Source: Mobula hypostoma (taxonomy: Eukaryota). Taken from it: a stretch of DNA of 64,000 nt. The DNA is taken from contig NC_086109.1 of the NCBI RefSeq assembly GCF_963921235.1, positions 27,406,001-27,470,000 on the forward strand, given 5' to 3'. The translations under genes were made by a program, and so were the position numbers. The notes beneath the pieces are model-generated. The model worked only from the letters and a program-made list of their open reading frames with translations, was not told the origin of the DNA and did no database searches. Every line of letters begins with the position of its first letter. Within the stretch, counting starts at the first letter, position 1. Positions 48,216 through 61,835 of this stretch are shown here, one piece after another.

Positions 48216-49789
48216 CAACTAAGAAAAAATAGCTTTGTCTCCATGGTGATAGTGGTGAAAGAGAGCTTCACCACAGTGAAAACCATACAATAGATGCATT
48301 AATACTATAAGACAAAAATGATTTTTTTGCCAAATAAAAGGCGGGTACTTTATAAACACACGGAAATCTGCAGATGTTGGAAATTTAAAGTAACACACTC
48401 AAAATGCTGGAGGAATTCAGGAGATCAAGAATAAACAGTCCAGTCCTAATGAAGGATTTCAGTCTGAAACATCACTTTGACACCTTCATCTCTTAGTTAG
48501 GACACCTTTTCCAACCACAGCTGTAACGTATGATCTCCTTTACCCTTCTAAGCCTGGTGCGGCTGTCCCTCCCAAAGTGTCCCAGTCAATGGCAAATAAA
48601 GAAAATCCTCTGTGTCCTTACAGGGACAGCACTTACCTTAAGATCTCTTTTCCTTCTTATCTACCTCCACAAGCCATGATACAATTGCAGAGTAGGTAGG
48701 TACCACAGCTAAGCCCAAGGGCTAAAATATACAAGTGGGCTGACCCCTTTCTTCAGCATTTTCAGGAAGATTGAGCCATCCCAGACAGGACTGTCTGCCC
48801 TTGGGCATTTCTCATAGGCTTTAAGATTAACTTTATTTGTCACATGTACTTTGAAACATACAGTGAAATGTGTCATTTGCATTGAGTATGTGCTGGGACA
48901 ACCGGCTAGTGTTGCCTTGCTTTTCAGCACCAACACAGCTTACATCTCCGGAGCGTGGAAGGCAACCACAGCACCTGGAGGAAATCTATTCAATTATGGA
49001 GAGAACGTACGAACTCCGTACAGACAGTGCCAGGAATTGAACCCTGATCTTACAGCTGGCACCGCAAAGCATTATGCTATTGCTACACTACTGTGCTGGC
49101 CTCTTAAAGAAAAAGAAGGGGACATCACTGTTGTCAGCATACCTGAGGTGCTACAGGATAGCCTCAGCCTGGGAGAGTGGCCTATCTTTTCACTGTCGCT
49201 CTCTGGCTGGTAAGTACGCTCAAGGATGACTTCATATCGCAGGTGATTCAATACAATCTCAAAAGCGACAATGCTTAATTTATTTCAATATTTTGTGAAC
49301 AAGCAAATGGTTCCATTGAATTGCAGGCTTACAATGGGAGCTTGTTTTAACTGACCACACAGTGAATATTCAAACATTTTTGCTAAGACAGTCATTCACA
49401 AGAATGGTCTAAAAGCTACTGAGGACAGAGAACTAAAACACATAAAATGAGTGTTGTGAGAGCTGACTCTCTGGGAACTCAAATATCTTAGTTATTGATG
49501 GTAGAGCAAGAGTGCTGATGATCATGTTCTGATGTGCTAAGTGACAAAAATAGTCAGGTTATGAACCTTTATATATTTTTATCACTGTGGTGCAAAATAA
49601 CTTAGGTGAAGGTGTCTGATGCTGGCTTTATGCAGGCCAATTAAGGTAACCTCATTTTTTAAGCATAGCTAACGCATATGAGATCATATCATGGTCATAT
49701 CAAGTTTATAAACCTGTGCCTTCCGCAGAGTGCTGTTTGCTTACAAAGCTGCCCTTTTAATTTCAAAGCTGATTACTGCTTGCAGTTCA

Positions 49790-50470
49790 CAATCTGTAGT
49801 TTGTACTCTGAATGAGTACACCACAGCTGTCAATGTCTTCATTAAAACCTGTGTGGATGAGTGTCTGCCGATGAGAATGTATTGTGCATACCCAAATCAA
49901 AAGATGTAAATGAACCAGGAGGTTTGTAGTCAGCTGAGAGCTAGATCTGTGGCATTCAAGACAGGAGACCCAGGTCTACACAGGAAAACCAGGTACGACA
50001 CTTGGAGGGGTATCTCATTAGGAGTTTGAACCGATTTAATATATCACCAAAGACACTCACAAATTTCCACAGATGTACTGTGCAGAGCATTCTAACTGGC
50101 AGCATCACCGTCTTGTATAGAGGGGCTACTGCACAGGATGTAAATAAGCTGCAGAGAGTTGTAAACTTAAGTCAGCTGCATCATGGGCACTAGCCTCCAT
50201 AGTATCCAGGACATCTTCAAGATGCAATGCCTCAAAAAAGGCAGCATCCATCATTAAGGACCCCCATCACCCAACATGCCTTGTTCTCATTGCTACCATC
50301 TGGAAGGAGGTGCAGGACCTGAAGGCACACATTCAACAATTCAGGAACAGCTTCTTCCCCTCTGCCATCCGAATGGGCATTGAACCCATGAACACTACCT
50401 CACTACTTTTAAAAATTTTTATTTTTGCCCTACATATTTTATATAATTAAATTACAATATATAAACTACA
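49790..50470 (+). mobile_element. Internally deleted Rex1-type LINE; tail resumes at ~51225-51335
   Basis: YPNQK segment joined to IRSLNRFNISPKTLTNFHRCTVQSILTGSITVLY; aaacctgattctgattctga tail at ~51318-51336. Confidence 0.8.
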
Positions 50471-51225
50471 TGAACGATGAAAAAAACAAATTGTATTGCC
50501 ATACATAAAGAATGTCTCAGAAATATCAGCAAGACTGCTTCAGCAACACAACATCATAGTTGTTCACAAACCGACTGAAACTTTAATGAGGAACCCACCA
50601 AAATTCCAAGCACAGCAAAATGTGACTGATAGAACAAATTTTATCTACAAAATCCAGTGTAGTGACCGTGACAAGTACTACATTGATCAAACAGTGAGAA
50701 AACTATCAACCAGGCTACATGAGCATCAGCTAGCGAGCAAAAGGCTCATGAAGACGAAGAAGAACACTATTTCAACTGGACAACGGCTAGCACCTTGACT
50801 CAAGCAAGAGCAAGAAAAGAACGAAATTTCTCGAAGCATGATTCTCTACAGAAGGATCCAGCAATATAAACACATCGACATAGATCCAGTAAATGAAACC
50901 TTACAGAGAAGAGAGAAAGTACAGCATCAACAATCAAATGAACCGCCAGTAATCTGGATAGCAAAGCAAATACTTCCAATGGACCCCCCTCGAAGCTAGC
51001 CAATCAGAATCTCCTACTGCTGAACTGTTCACGGTGTTCTGAACCAGCCACCACGTCACCATGTCTTATCAATATCCATTCAGACCCCAGAGGATAAATA
51101 ATCTGGCATTCTGAGGAGACAACATCTTCAACTGCGCACTGACGATAGATTCTTGATTGGAGCCAAAACATCTGCAAACTTTTTTGCCAAGCTCAGTGAT
51201 CAACCAAATTTCCAAACAGCTTACT
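50470..51225 (+). mobile_element. Second Penelope-like family (Poseidon/Penelope-type GIY-YIG), 3' fragment
   Basis: LPYIKNVSEISARLLQQHNIIVVHKP...NFIYKIQCSDRDKYYIDQTVRKLSTRLHEH; degenerate hammerhead motif at 51136-51175. Confidence 0.88.
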
Positions 51226-54200
51226 GTAATTCACAGCTTTTTCCTCTATTACTATTGTATAGCATTGTACGGCTGCTGCAAAGGCAACAAGTTTCACAAC
51301 ACATGCCGGTGATACTAAACCTGATTCTGATTCTGACTTGTGAATTAATTTTCTTGAAGACTGGTTCTCATATCTACCAATGCCTATTATCCACATAACT
51401 GCTGAATGATGCCTGATGTCTAAGAATCCTTGAGAGTGGAATTGGCCTTTGGGGGAATGTGGTTAATGATTCAGCATTGATTGAACAATTGAATCAGAAT
51501 GTTTTGCTATAATTGCATGCACCCTGATTTGATTGAGTACTGAAGAGGCAGGGTCTTCAAGTTATACGACAGTAGGAAGTAGCTGCATTTCCACTGATTT
51601 ATTATCATTATTGAGATGGTAACTGAACATCTGCACATTGTTGAATTTACTCCATCTCATCTCAAAAAGTGCATAAGAATAACATGCACAGAGAGCAAAT
51701 GGACTGCACTTACAAGTTGGCTCATCTGACTGTTTCAGGAGTGGGAACCCACTGCAAACCTCAGAAACATTAGCAACTCAAGTACGTAGCATGTTCTGGA
51801 ATGACAATTTACCTTCATTGTGTCTTGGTGTCCAAGCTTTGGAGAAAAATAAGCCCCAAGTAATGAAAATTGAGGTCTTTGGTGTGTGCTTGAAGGAAGG
51901 GAAAGAGGAATAAGATCATTATAAAGATTCAGGGCCATTTGTCAGTGGCTGGGAGACAGGATTTCAATTAGGATTGGGGCTTTGTTTTGGAAGTGGGGGG
52001 AAATAAATGTGTGGGAAGATGGTGGAGACATTGGAGCTGAAGGAGATTTGAGGTTTGAATTCTTTAGGGTATGAAGGGTCTGAGACTCACCTTGGTGGAG
52101 GCTGGAAGTGAGATCAAGGGTTGAGAGCTATTAGTCAGAAGCACACAGGTTATTGAGCAGACAGATATTACAAGGAATTACATGACAATAGTCACACTCC
52201 AAAGATCTGTCCTCATAAAACATAAGTTCTTGCAATAGTACTGAACCATGGTCACTTTGGGAACAAGTTAACCCCAATTTACCTACAATTCCCCAATATA
52301 AGAATTGGAGCACTGCCAGCCAATTCAGATGAAGTTGTTCCAAGAGCAATCATTACTACACAAGGTGTGTTTACACAGAGAGCACTGACAAATCATTCAA
52401 GAACTACAGGGAAACTATGTTAAGTCTACAAGGGTGAATCATTTCAGGAGTTGCCTGCCTGAATATCAAGACAGAAGAGCAGAAATTATTGTTACTCAGG
52501 GTTTTGGTCTGAATGTTGACTGTTTATTCCCCTCCACAGCTGCTGCCTGACTTGTTGAGTTCCTCCAGCATTTAGTATGTTTTCATTCTAAAGGAAGTTA
52601 ATTTTCAATCGCAGAAGAATTATTTCTGGAGTCTGTGATTATATTTTTAGCCTGTTTTCAAGTTTCATTTCACCTTCCCACTCGATGTTCTCTACTTTAA
52701 TTTTCAGGGCATAATCAGCCCTTATTAGCCCACGTTTCTTGCTTTTGAGAAACTATTCTGTTTACTGTTACTGCATCACATATCGGTATGATTTATGATG
52801 CTCAGGTAAGTAAGTTGTAACACAAGCTGTTACTCAATAGCCCAGCTGAATTTCAAGTTAATATGTACCCACTTGGTCCATCTCTATGCTCATGTAATTT
52901 TGGAACAAAAATAAACAAGACTGGTTCTTGTGTTCTTAGTTGATGGCCCCCAGCCAATTCTGAAAAGAAAATCAGCACCTTTAAATGTATTTTAGCATAG
53001 GAACTACCGCATGTGTACATGATAAAATCGTGTGTTCCTGGCACTAATTCAAAACGATGAGAGCTTGAACTCTTCCTTAACAAAGATTACAAGGATATTG
53101 ATTGTGATATTAACTTTAAAGGGATTCTTTACATGGATAGAAATCAGAAATAACTTAGTTTACAGTATATTACTGCTGACTGTTGTAGTACAAAACCGAC
53201 ATAAAACAATACTCAAGTTCCCTTATGAACCAAAGCAAGCAGCGTTATAGCTGCTGTTGGAGGAATTAAGACTGCCCAAATGGATGACAGATTGTATCAC
53301 TGAACTAAATTCAGAAATGCCAAACAATTCAATCTGCATAAAGAGCACAGTTTGGCATTCACCACATATTTGCATTATGATGCAGTTGCCTGGGTAGCTA
53401 CTTGGAGCAGTTCATTTCAGATGGATTTATTAATTAATTCTCCCCATTTGATGCACGGAAATGCTTCAGGTTAGTTTTCCCAATTGCACCAACATTAACT
53501 TTTTAACCAAAATTGAATCTCCTGGCATTGTTTCATTAATCACGGCCCCATTTTAGTTTGTAAAATTTTGATTTTAAAAGATTCCTGACCATAGTGTATG
53601 CTATATATGCATCTACCAATTAACATTTTACTTGAGAATCAGTATCTAGTGGAGGCCAGCTGTTAAGCTTTACATTGTCTTCATCAATGGAATGGTCCCT
53701 GTTAATGTGAATACATGTAAGAAGACCTCAGAGAAGATGAAAGTGCATTGAGCAGACAAATTTTGCAAGGAATTATGCTGCAGTCCAGAGAACTACCCTC
53801 TAAACATATTTGTCCCATGATTACCCAACTCTGGTCAGTTCAGGAACAAGTTAGTTCAAGGTGAGGCACTTTTGGACATTTTGGGGATAGGAAAGGGAAA
53901 AATACCGTTCAAATTCTTCCTACTTCTTTCTGGGTGCTTTGTCAGCTCTATATTCTACAGATTTCATATACTTTATTTCTCGGCTAAAGATATTTGGAAA
54001 AATAGTGTTAAACATGTATATGTTGGAGTTTTATGTTTTTATTTGTCCTATCAAGGCAATGTTGAGATAGTTGATGCAGCATTATATTGAGAGAAATTTG
54101 AACATTTTAGGATACTCAATAGTAGACTAAATAGAGTGCCCAGCGTGGATTAAATTCTCCCATCTATTAACCCTCTCCCTACCTGATTCTATCAGCATTT

Positions 54201-54659
54201 CACAAAAGTATAGAGCTACAGTATCTTAAATGGCAAATTGAAATAGAATATTTTAAACAATTAGAGTGATTGAATTCCTGAAGATGTAGACTGCAGGTTG
54301 TCACACTGAGCTCATTAAATGATAGATGCTGTGATTAGAAGATTGCTGGGTTGGCTCTGTAGACAGATGAGGTCAAGAGAACTAAAGGACTTTCATTACT
54401 GGTTCAATTATTGTAATGATTAGGAAGTGTTAAGAGTGCTATCAGAAGAAACTGAAATTCCTGACCACTTTTAATTGGAGAGGGTGGTGCTGACATTTAA
54501 TTGCTTGCGGCGTCTCAGGAAATACCAGCAGTTCTACATGGTACAGCAAGTGTTTCACCCCACCTGGTGTCAGCATATGCAAGTCTTGAACATCTTGCTA
54601 TTTTAGAGTCACAGAGAGATGGGGTACAGAAGCAGGCTTTTTAGCCCACTGGGTTCACA

Positions 54660-54860
54660 CTGTAGATGCTGGAATTTGGAATAACACACAAGATGCAGGA
54701 GCAACTCAATGTGTCAGTCAGCATCTAAGAAGGGAAATGGACAGTCAACATTCAGAATCCAGGGAATTCACTGCTCATGCCATGGGCTTGTACATTATCC
54801 AATCAAAACACAAATTCCTCAAGTCTGCTAATTTCCTTCAGCATCTTGTGTGTTGCACTG
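54660..54860 (-). mobile_element. Diverged palindromic Penelope mini-element
   Basis: tgtagatgctggaatt...aacacacaagatgcaggag / ttccttcagcatcttgtgtgttgc. Confidence 0.65.
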
Positions 54861-54889
54861 TGTTCACACCGAACGTCATCATCTCATTC

Positions 54890-55385
54890 TAAAAAGGATA
54901 TGAAAGCTTTAGACAGGGCGCAGAGGAGAGTAACCAGGATATTCCCAAATTTAATGAGCTTATGAGGATAGGTTGAGCTGGTGAGGGCTTTGCATTTTGG
55001 AGCAAAGGAGGATGAGAGGTGACTCGATAGAGCTGTACAAGATGATAAAAGTCATAAATTGAGTGCAGAGTCACAGACATTTTCCCCAAGGCAGTAATGG
55101 TTAATAATAGGCGTATAATTTTAAGGTGATTGGAGGAAAGTATAGAGAAGATGTCACAGGTAGGTTTCTTATATGGAGAGCGGTGAGTGCTTGGAATGCA
55201 CTACCGGGGGTGATGGGAAAGGTAGATATGCGAGGGGCATTTAAGAAACTCTTGGATAGGCACATAGATGATAGAAAATTCGAGGGCTATGTAGGGTTAG
55301 ATTGATCTTAGAGTGTGCTAAAAGGTTGGTATAACAGTGTGTGCCAAAGTGGGCTGTAATGTTCTATGTTCTATGATCTATGTTC
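54890..55385 (+). mobile_element. CR1 3' end
   Basis: KDMKALDRAQRRVTR; ggaggatgagaggtgac; (atgttct)n tail. Confidence 0.85.
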
Positions 55386-56509
55386 CATCAAGTGGTCATT
55401 TTTACAAAATCCTATTCTAATCCCATTTAATACTCCCCACATTCAAAGTACATTTATTATCAATGTATAAATTATACAGCCTTGAGATTCATCTGCCTGT
55501 AGGCAGCCACAAAGCAAGAAACCAGAAAGAACTCAATTTAAAAAAAGACCAACACCCAATGCGCTGAGATGGAAAACAACAAATCATACAAACAATAAAA
55601 GCAAGCAACAGCATTCCGAACCAAATTGAACCGATAGACCCGGAGCACGGTGCAGCCGGAATAGGGTCATAGTATCAGTCTCGGTTCATCACAGAGGCAG
55701 GGCAAATTGCTGTGAAGCTCATAGAGACGGAGCATCCGGAGCAGCGTCACAGCCTCGGCGCCATGGAGAGAGGAGGAAATGTCATCCAATCATCGCCTGC
55801 CACCAATTTCCTCCAAGTTCTACAACTCATCTTTCTGCCAGGAGCAATTTACAGAAGCAAATTCACAGAGCAAATGTATACAGTACCAGAGGTCAGGACT
55901 GAGGCTGGTTTGCTGGTGATCATTTGTATCACCATCCCACAGGGAATGCTGAGAAATCTGCCTGCTAAACCTGTTCCAAGTCTGATCTTGTACAGAAGTA
56001 ATCATGTCATTAATTTCACTGGATAACAACAGCTGTTTCGGACTAAATATATTTTAAGTAATTTACCAGCTTGAAGTGTTTTAATTGTTTTAAGGATCTT
56101 TTAAGTTTCATTTATTTTGATTTTCTTAAACAGTTTAAGATCGTTTTAATGCATTTTGATTCTCATTAATGTCAGAGACACTCACACATAATTAAAATCA
56201 GATTCAGACTTAATATCACACATATGTCGTGAAACTTGTTTTGCAGCAGCAGCATGAAGCACCATTGTTTAATCAGCTGCTGAAGTTTTATCAGCCAAAC
56301 CATTAAGGTTGGCTTGTTCTAGCCACACCATGTGAATGCAGTGAGGTCTGAAAGAATTGGCTTTGTCTTGCCAGTGAGGTTTGGACTTTTCTTTGAGAAA
56401 GGTAAAAGGTATAGAGTGACCCTGAGGGGCTTGTTTCTAATTAGCAATTCAGGAGCAAATTATAAATTTCTAAGTACTGGCATGTCACCTAGTAATTATT
56501 ACCATGTAT

Positions 56510-57216
56510 GGGGTGTATGGGGCGTCAGGGAGGGGTAGCACCTCTGATGGGGGAACATGCCGCGTCCTTTTCAGGGCGGTTAGTCCACCTTTGGTCCCCA
56601 CCTGGCACTCAGCTCTCACCTGTGGCTCCCCGTAACTGTTTGCATGCGACAGCAGCCACACCCAGGGCAACGGCTTCGACAAGCCGGCTAAACCAGGTGA
56701 GGGTAGCCGACGGGTCTCAAACCCTCGGTGAGATAGGGAGTTGTCTATCCCAGCGTGTGAAGACAGACTCCAGCGGATTGAGCGGTCGAGACCAATAGAA
56801 GGCCCAATGGTCAAGAAGGTGGTCTCTGCAAGTGTCGTGGAAGGCGTAGAGCACTTCAAGACACAGAAGACGTCCTGGTCATCCACTGCGCCTAGTCCAT
56901 CTCCAGCCGTCTCGAATCTTGTCTTGCCACTGGATCCAGATGGGAATTGGCAAGAGAGAGTGAGGCTGATGTTGCACAACTCTCCCTCACTTAAATCCAA
57001 ATCAAGCGCTAGTCTCGACACCATCAAGCCGGCTGGTGGCGCAGTGACATCAGCACCAGATTCCGGGAGCGAAGGGTCCCGAGTTCAAATCCAGTCGAGC
57101 CGCTCCTGGGCACGCTTTCCATCCGTGCTGGGTTGAGAATCGAGCTAGCAACTCGACCTTGTTAAAAAAAAAGTACTAATGTTGTCAAGGTCTTCATCGA
57201 TGACGATGGATGAACC
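56510..57216 (+). mobile_element. Non-coding, GC-rich RTE-like non-autonomous element with a nested SINE
   Basis: 14-bp TSD TTATTAC(C/T)ATGTAT at 56496-56509 and 57217-57230; 3' end ggtcttcatcgatgacgatggatgaa resembles the RTE end at ~61812-61835. Confidence 0.75.
57028..57183 (+). mobile_element. tRNA-derived SINE nested in the element above
   Basis: A-box TGGCGCAGTGA (57037), B-box GAGTTCAAATCC (57081), A-rich tail, TCAAG duplication at the flanks. Confidence 0.8.
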
Positions 57217-58004
57217 TTATTACTATGTATTCTCCCAACACATCTTTGGCAATATATTTCAGGGAATATAAAGAACCCGAACATCCATTAAACTGACTGG
57301 ACTTCCAATCAGAATCCCAGCGGCACTTTACCACATGACACCCCACGACAACCTACAACACTGCCAACATCAATCTCGAACAGAATTTCTCATCACAGAT
57401 AATAACATCTTAACATTTTGTATACTCTTGTACCTTGCGACTGCAATATAAAAGAAATTATCAAAGCAACAAGGTATATAACTCACTTTTGATATGCTGC
57501 ATGTCTAGATGTATCTTGTGACTTACCTGAAAGTCACAAAGGCAGTGTTTTAAAACCTACGCAATTACCAGATATTCTGCAGGATATTGCCTGGAAGCAG
57601 AACATTTCAATCAAGAAGAGAGACTTAAAAGGCTAGATTTACAGTATTTCCTTTGGAGTAGGTATAAAAATTACTGGAGGCAATAGTAGAGTAGATAGAG
57701 TAAAACATTTCTCCTTAGCAGAGAACATAGTTTCTAGTTAAGAGGTAGGTGATTTAAAGGGCTTTGAGGAAGATTTTTTTTCACCCAGAGTATAGGTGAA
57801 ACCTGGAATGCACTAACTGTAGAGGTGATGAAAGTAGGTATCCTCCATTACTTCCATATATAAGAAGCATTAAACAAGCATTTGAGACACTCAGGCATAG
57901 AAGACTATGGGGTGAATGCTGGTAAGTAGGATTAGTGTAAGATCTTGATGGTCAGCACAGATAAAGTGGGCTGAATAGTGTGTTTCTGTGCTGTAGGACT
58001 GTTC

Positions 58005-61000
58005 TCCAGCGGGGTTATCTATCAGTGGGTTTTCAGGTGGCTGTAGAGTCCAACCCAGGACCCACATAACCAGAATATTAGGGTGGATTGCTTGACAGAG
58101 AATGCCTGTGACATGAGGGAGTTCATGTACAGGAGAAGTCACCGCATGTTCTTTGACAGATAGGGCTCAGGATCCAGTGGAATGGAGTACAAGACGACTG
58201 GGGACCCTCCACTCATGCAGCCTTCCTTCGTCTACACTGCTGTTACGACGTGCCTTCCCCTTCCGCCAGCTTTACCACTATGGTCTTGGTTAGATCTCTT
58301 TGTCTGGAATCTTCCCCATGACCTTACTGCCATTTGTGACCCTACAAGAGCTAAGCACCAGATGTCGAAACTCCAGACAGCATCTCATGAATTCACAACC
58401 CTCTCCACCATGACAAGATGACAATCCTTTGAGATGACCTGTGCCGTATGACTTCGTGATAAAGTACCAACGTATAACTAAATTACTTTCCCACTTTCTG
58501 AGTTCTGAGAAAGTGACATTCACCTGAAATATTAACTCTGTTTCTCATTCCACAACTGTTGCCTGAACTGCTGAGTGTCTTCAGCCTTTTTTACTTGTAT
58601 TGTCCAAAGTATGCATTGTGTGATAACCACGTCAAAAGAGAAAGGATAAAGTTAAGTATTTACTTAGCTTAAATGATTACCAGGTTGGCTCCACTCTACT
58701 AGTACCATCTTGACAAGGGAGCATTCATTAACAGATGCCCCTGGAAAACATGTTCTGAGTTCCCCAATAATGCTCCTGGAGTAGAATTACAAGGGGGTTG
58801 ACATCAGCTGTGTGCACAACCAGTTGTGGGAATTTAAAGACGCATCCATCATCCAGCTGTAGAAGTGAAGGAGAAACCAGCAAACCTGCAACAACTATTG
58901 GGGGATATCTCTGCTGTCTATTGCAGGCAAAATGTCCGCCACGCATCTTCTCAACCATCTCACATCACATCTTGACTGGGGAATTCTACCAGAGAGTCAC
59001 TGTGGATTCCAGAGAGAGCATGGGACTTGGTGTTTGTTGCAGGGCAGCTGCACGAGAAATGTCAGGAGCAAAACGCTGACCTGTTCTCCTGCTACAGAAT
59101 ATTGAGCTGACTAAGGCCTTCGACTCTGTTAGCAGAGAGTGTCTGTGGATGACCTTGGTGAGGTACTGATGCCCAAGGAGATTCATCACCATAGTGCCAC
59201 AATTCCATGATAGCATGCAAGCTAGAGTCAGGACAATGGTGAGACATCCAAGTCCTTCCTTGAATCTAACAGGATCTAGCAGGCCTGCGTTTTGGCACAA
59301 ACATATTCAGTCTGGCATTTTCTGCCACCTTGACTGATACCTTCAGAGACGGTGATGTAGGCATTCGCACTGATGGGAAACTGTTCAACCTCAGGAGGCT
59401 CCATGCAAAAACTAAGGCTATGGCAGACATCATCAAAGACTTCCCTTTTGCTAATGACTGTGCCTCAGTGTACCGTATCATCTTTTAAACTAACATTGTG
59501 TCAACAGGTTTTCCGATGTGTGCATCAACTTTGGGCTTACCATCAACATGAAGAAGATTGAGGTAATGTATCAGCCAATACCAGGGAAATCGTATATTGA
59601 GTCAAACATCACAATTAATGGTCAGACACTCAACCCAGTGAACAGATTCATCTTGGTAGCACACTGTCCCAGAACACCATCATTGATGATTAACTAAACG
59701 CCAGGATCGCCAAACCTCATGTAGTCTTTGGCATACCAACAGCTGGAACAAAAGAGGAACAAGTCTACAGATGAAGCCAAAGGTGGTATAGGGCCGTCAT
59801 ACTTCCCACTCTGCTTTATGCCTCTGAAACGTGGACAGCATATCAACGGCATGCCAAGAAACTGAGTCATTTTCATCGTCTGCCTCAGAAAGCTCCTCAA
59901 CATTTACTGGCATGACAAAACCCCCTGACACTGGAGTACTTAGCATGGTGGGCCTGCCCAATATTTACACTATCCAGATACAGTCTCAGTTATGCTGGGC
60001 AGGCCATGTAGCTTGTATATTAGACCAGGGGTCCCCAACCTTTTTTGCACCGCGGACCGGTTTATTATTGACAATATTCTTGCAGACCGGCCGACCCCGG
60101 GGGGGGGGGGGTGGGGGGGGGGAAGGATAGGGTTGCCAACGGACAAGAGTAGCAGTCAAGTACATTGTGTTTACCCCAAGAAAGACTACCATGACCATGA
60201 AGACTTGCGTGGGCACCTGCCTGCGCATGCGTGTACATGCCGATTTTTTTCTACAAATTGTTTTTGCCAATTCTGTTCGGGGGGGGGTGTTAATCATGAC
60301 CAGAATATAGCTGATAAGTGGCTAATACACTCAATTTTGTTTCTAAAAGGGTTTACCTAACGCAGGGGTCCCCAATCTTTTTTGCACTGCAGACCGGTTT
60401 AATATTGACAATATTCTTGCGGACCGGCCGACCGGAGGGGGTGGGGGGGGGTAGGGTTGCCGACGGACAAGAGTAGCAGTCAAATATGTTCTGTTTACCC
60501 CGAGGGTTTCGTTTCTAAAAAGGTTTATCTCACGAATTTAATATTAAACACACAGCCCATATTTTCCTCCCATGAATACAGTGATAAGTCAATTATCGGG
60601 GAGGACAGGGGAGTTTGAAGTAAGTGTTGAACGAACTTCCAGTAGAAGTGGTAGAGGCGGGTTCAATATTATCATTTAAAGAAAAATTGGATAGGTATAT
60701 GGACAGGAAAGGAATGGAGGGTTATAGGCTGAGTACAGGTCGGTGGGACTAGGCGAGAGTAAGTGTTCGGCACGGACTAGAAGGGCAGAGATGGCCTGTT
60801 TCTGTGCTGTAATTGTTATATGGTTATATACGGGATCTTAGAAGTCAATAGCATCATAACATTTTAAGTAATGTTTGGATATTAAACACACAGCACATAT
60901 TTTCCCCGTATGAACATATAAAATCATTGCAACACACCAATATCGCTGAATCAGTGGGAGCCCTGAGCTTGTTTTCCTGCAACAAGACAGTGCCATCGAG

Positions 61001-61835
61001 GGGTGATGGGAGACAGCGATACTCGAAGGGGGTTCCTTATGTCCGGTCTGTTCCGCAATTTAGTTTTCGTTGCATTCATTGCAGAGATATGTTGGAAATG
61101 GAAGCAAAATTTTCAGTGCTTTCGTGGCTATCTCAGGATATTTAGCCTCGACTTTGATCCAGAATGCCGGCAGACATGTTATGTCAAACATACTTTTCAG
61201 CCCACCGTCATTTGCAAGCTCGAGGAGTTGATCTCTTTCCCGCGCTGACATGGATGACGCATGTGTAATGACCTCACGTGCGTTCAATCTCAACAGTGGG
61301 CACGACAGGGAATGAGGAAAGGTGCCTCTGACTCTTATCGCCAAATCATGTCGTTTCCTCGCGGCCCAGTAGCACATGCTTTGCGGCCCTGGTACCAGTC
61401 CACGGCCCGGTGATTGGGGACTGCTGTATTAGACCATTGGCTGCTTAAGAGACTGTTTTACGGCAAACTAGAGAAAGGAAAGCATTCCCATGGAAATGCT
61501 AAAAAGACACCTTGAAAACTTCACTAAAAGCCTTTGGCACCAACCCAGACACATAGGAACACATTACCCAGGACTGGGTTTAGTGACGCACTGTCCTCCA
61601 TAATGGTGCAGTGATACATGAGGCAGAGAGGACAATTGCAGCAGAAAGACGTAGGTTGGCCAGGAAAGCCTAAGCCCACAACTCCCAACCCAACATGGGT
61701 GCCATCTTTTGCCCACACTACCAAAGAACTACTCAATCATGGACTGGCCTCTCCAGCCATCTGTGTACCCACGGACCAGTCCAGCTTCTTTATATTGCAG
61801 AAGGCTAAAATGGTTCTCATCGTTGCTTGATGGAT
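58005..61835 (+). mobile_element. Decayed RTE (BovB-like) LINE pieces, interrupted by a hAT at 60026-61426
   Basis: [61 protein letters not shown] and QLCWAGHVA|...LLKRLFYGKL are recognisable across frameshifts; the 58005-58420 part is a UTR-like segment assigned with less certainty. Confidence 0.8.
60026..61426. mobile_element. Non-autonomous hAT element (same family as 19822-21031) with a duplicated left end
   Basis: TIR CAGGGGTCCCCAACC at 60026, a second left end at 60363, right end GATTGGGGACTGCTG; perfect 8-bp TSD TATTAGAC (60018-60025, 61427-61434). Confidence 0.95.

Noticed and set aside
57028..57100. tRNA gene
   Set aside because: A and B boxes are present but there is no convincing cloverleaf, and it continues into a SINE body shared with 45275-45460.
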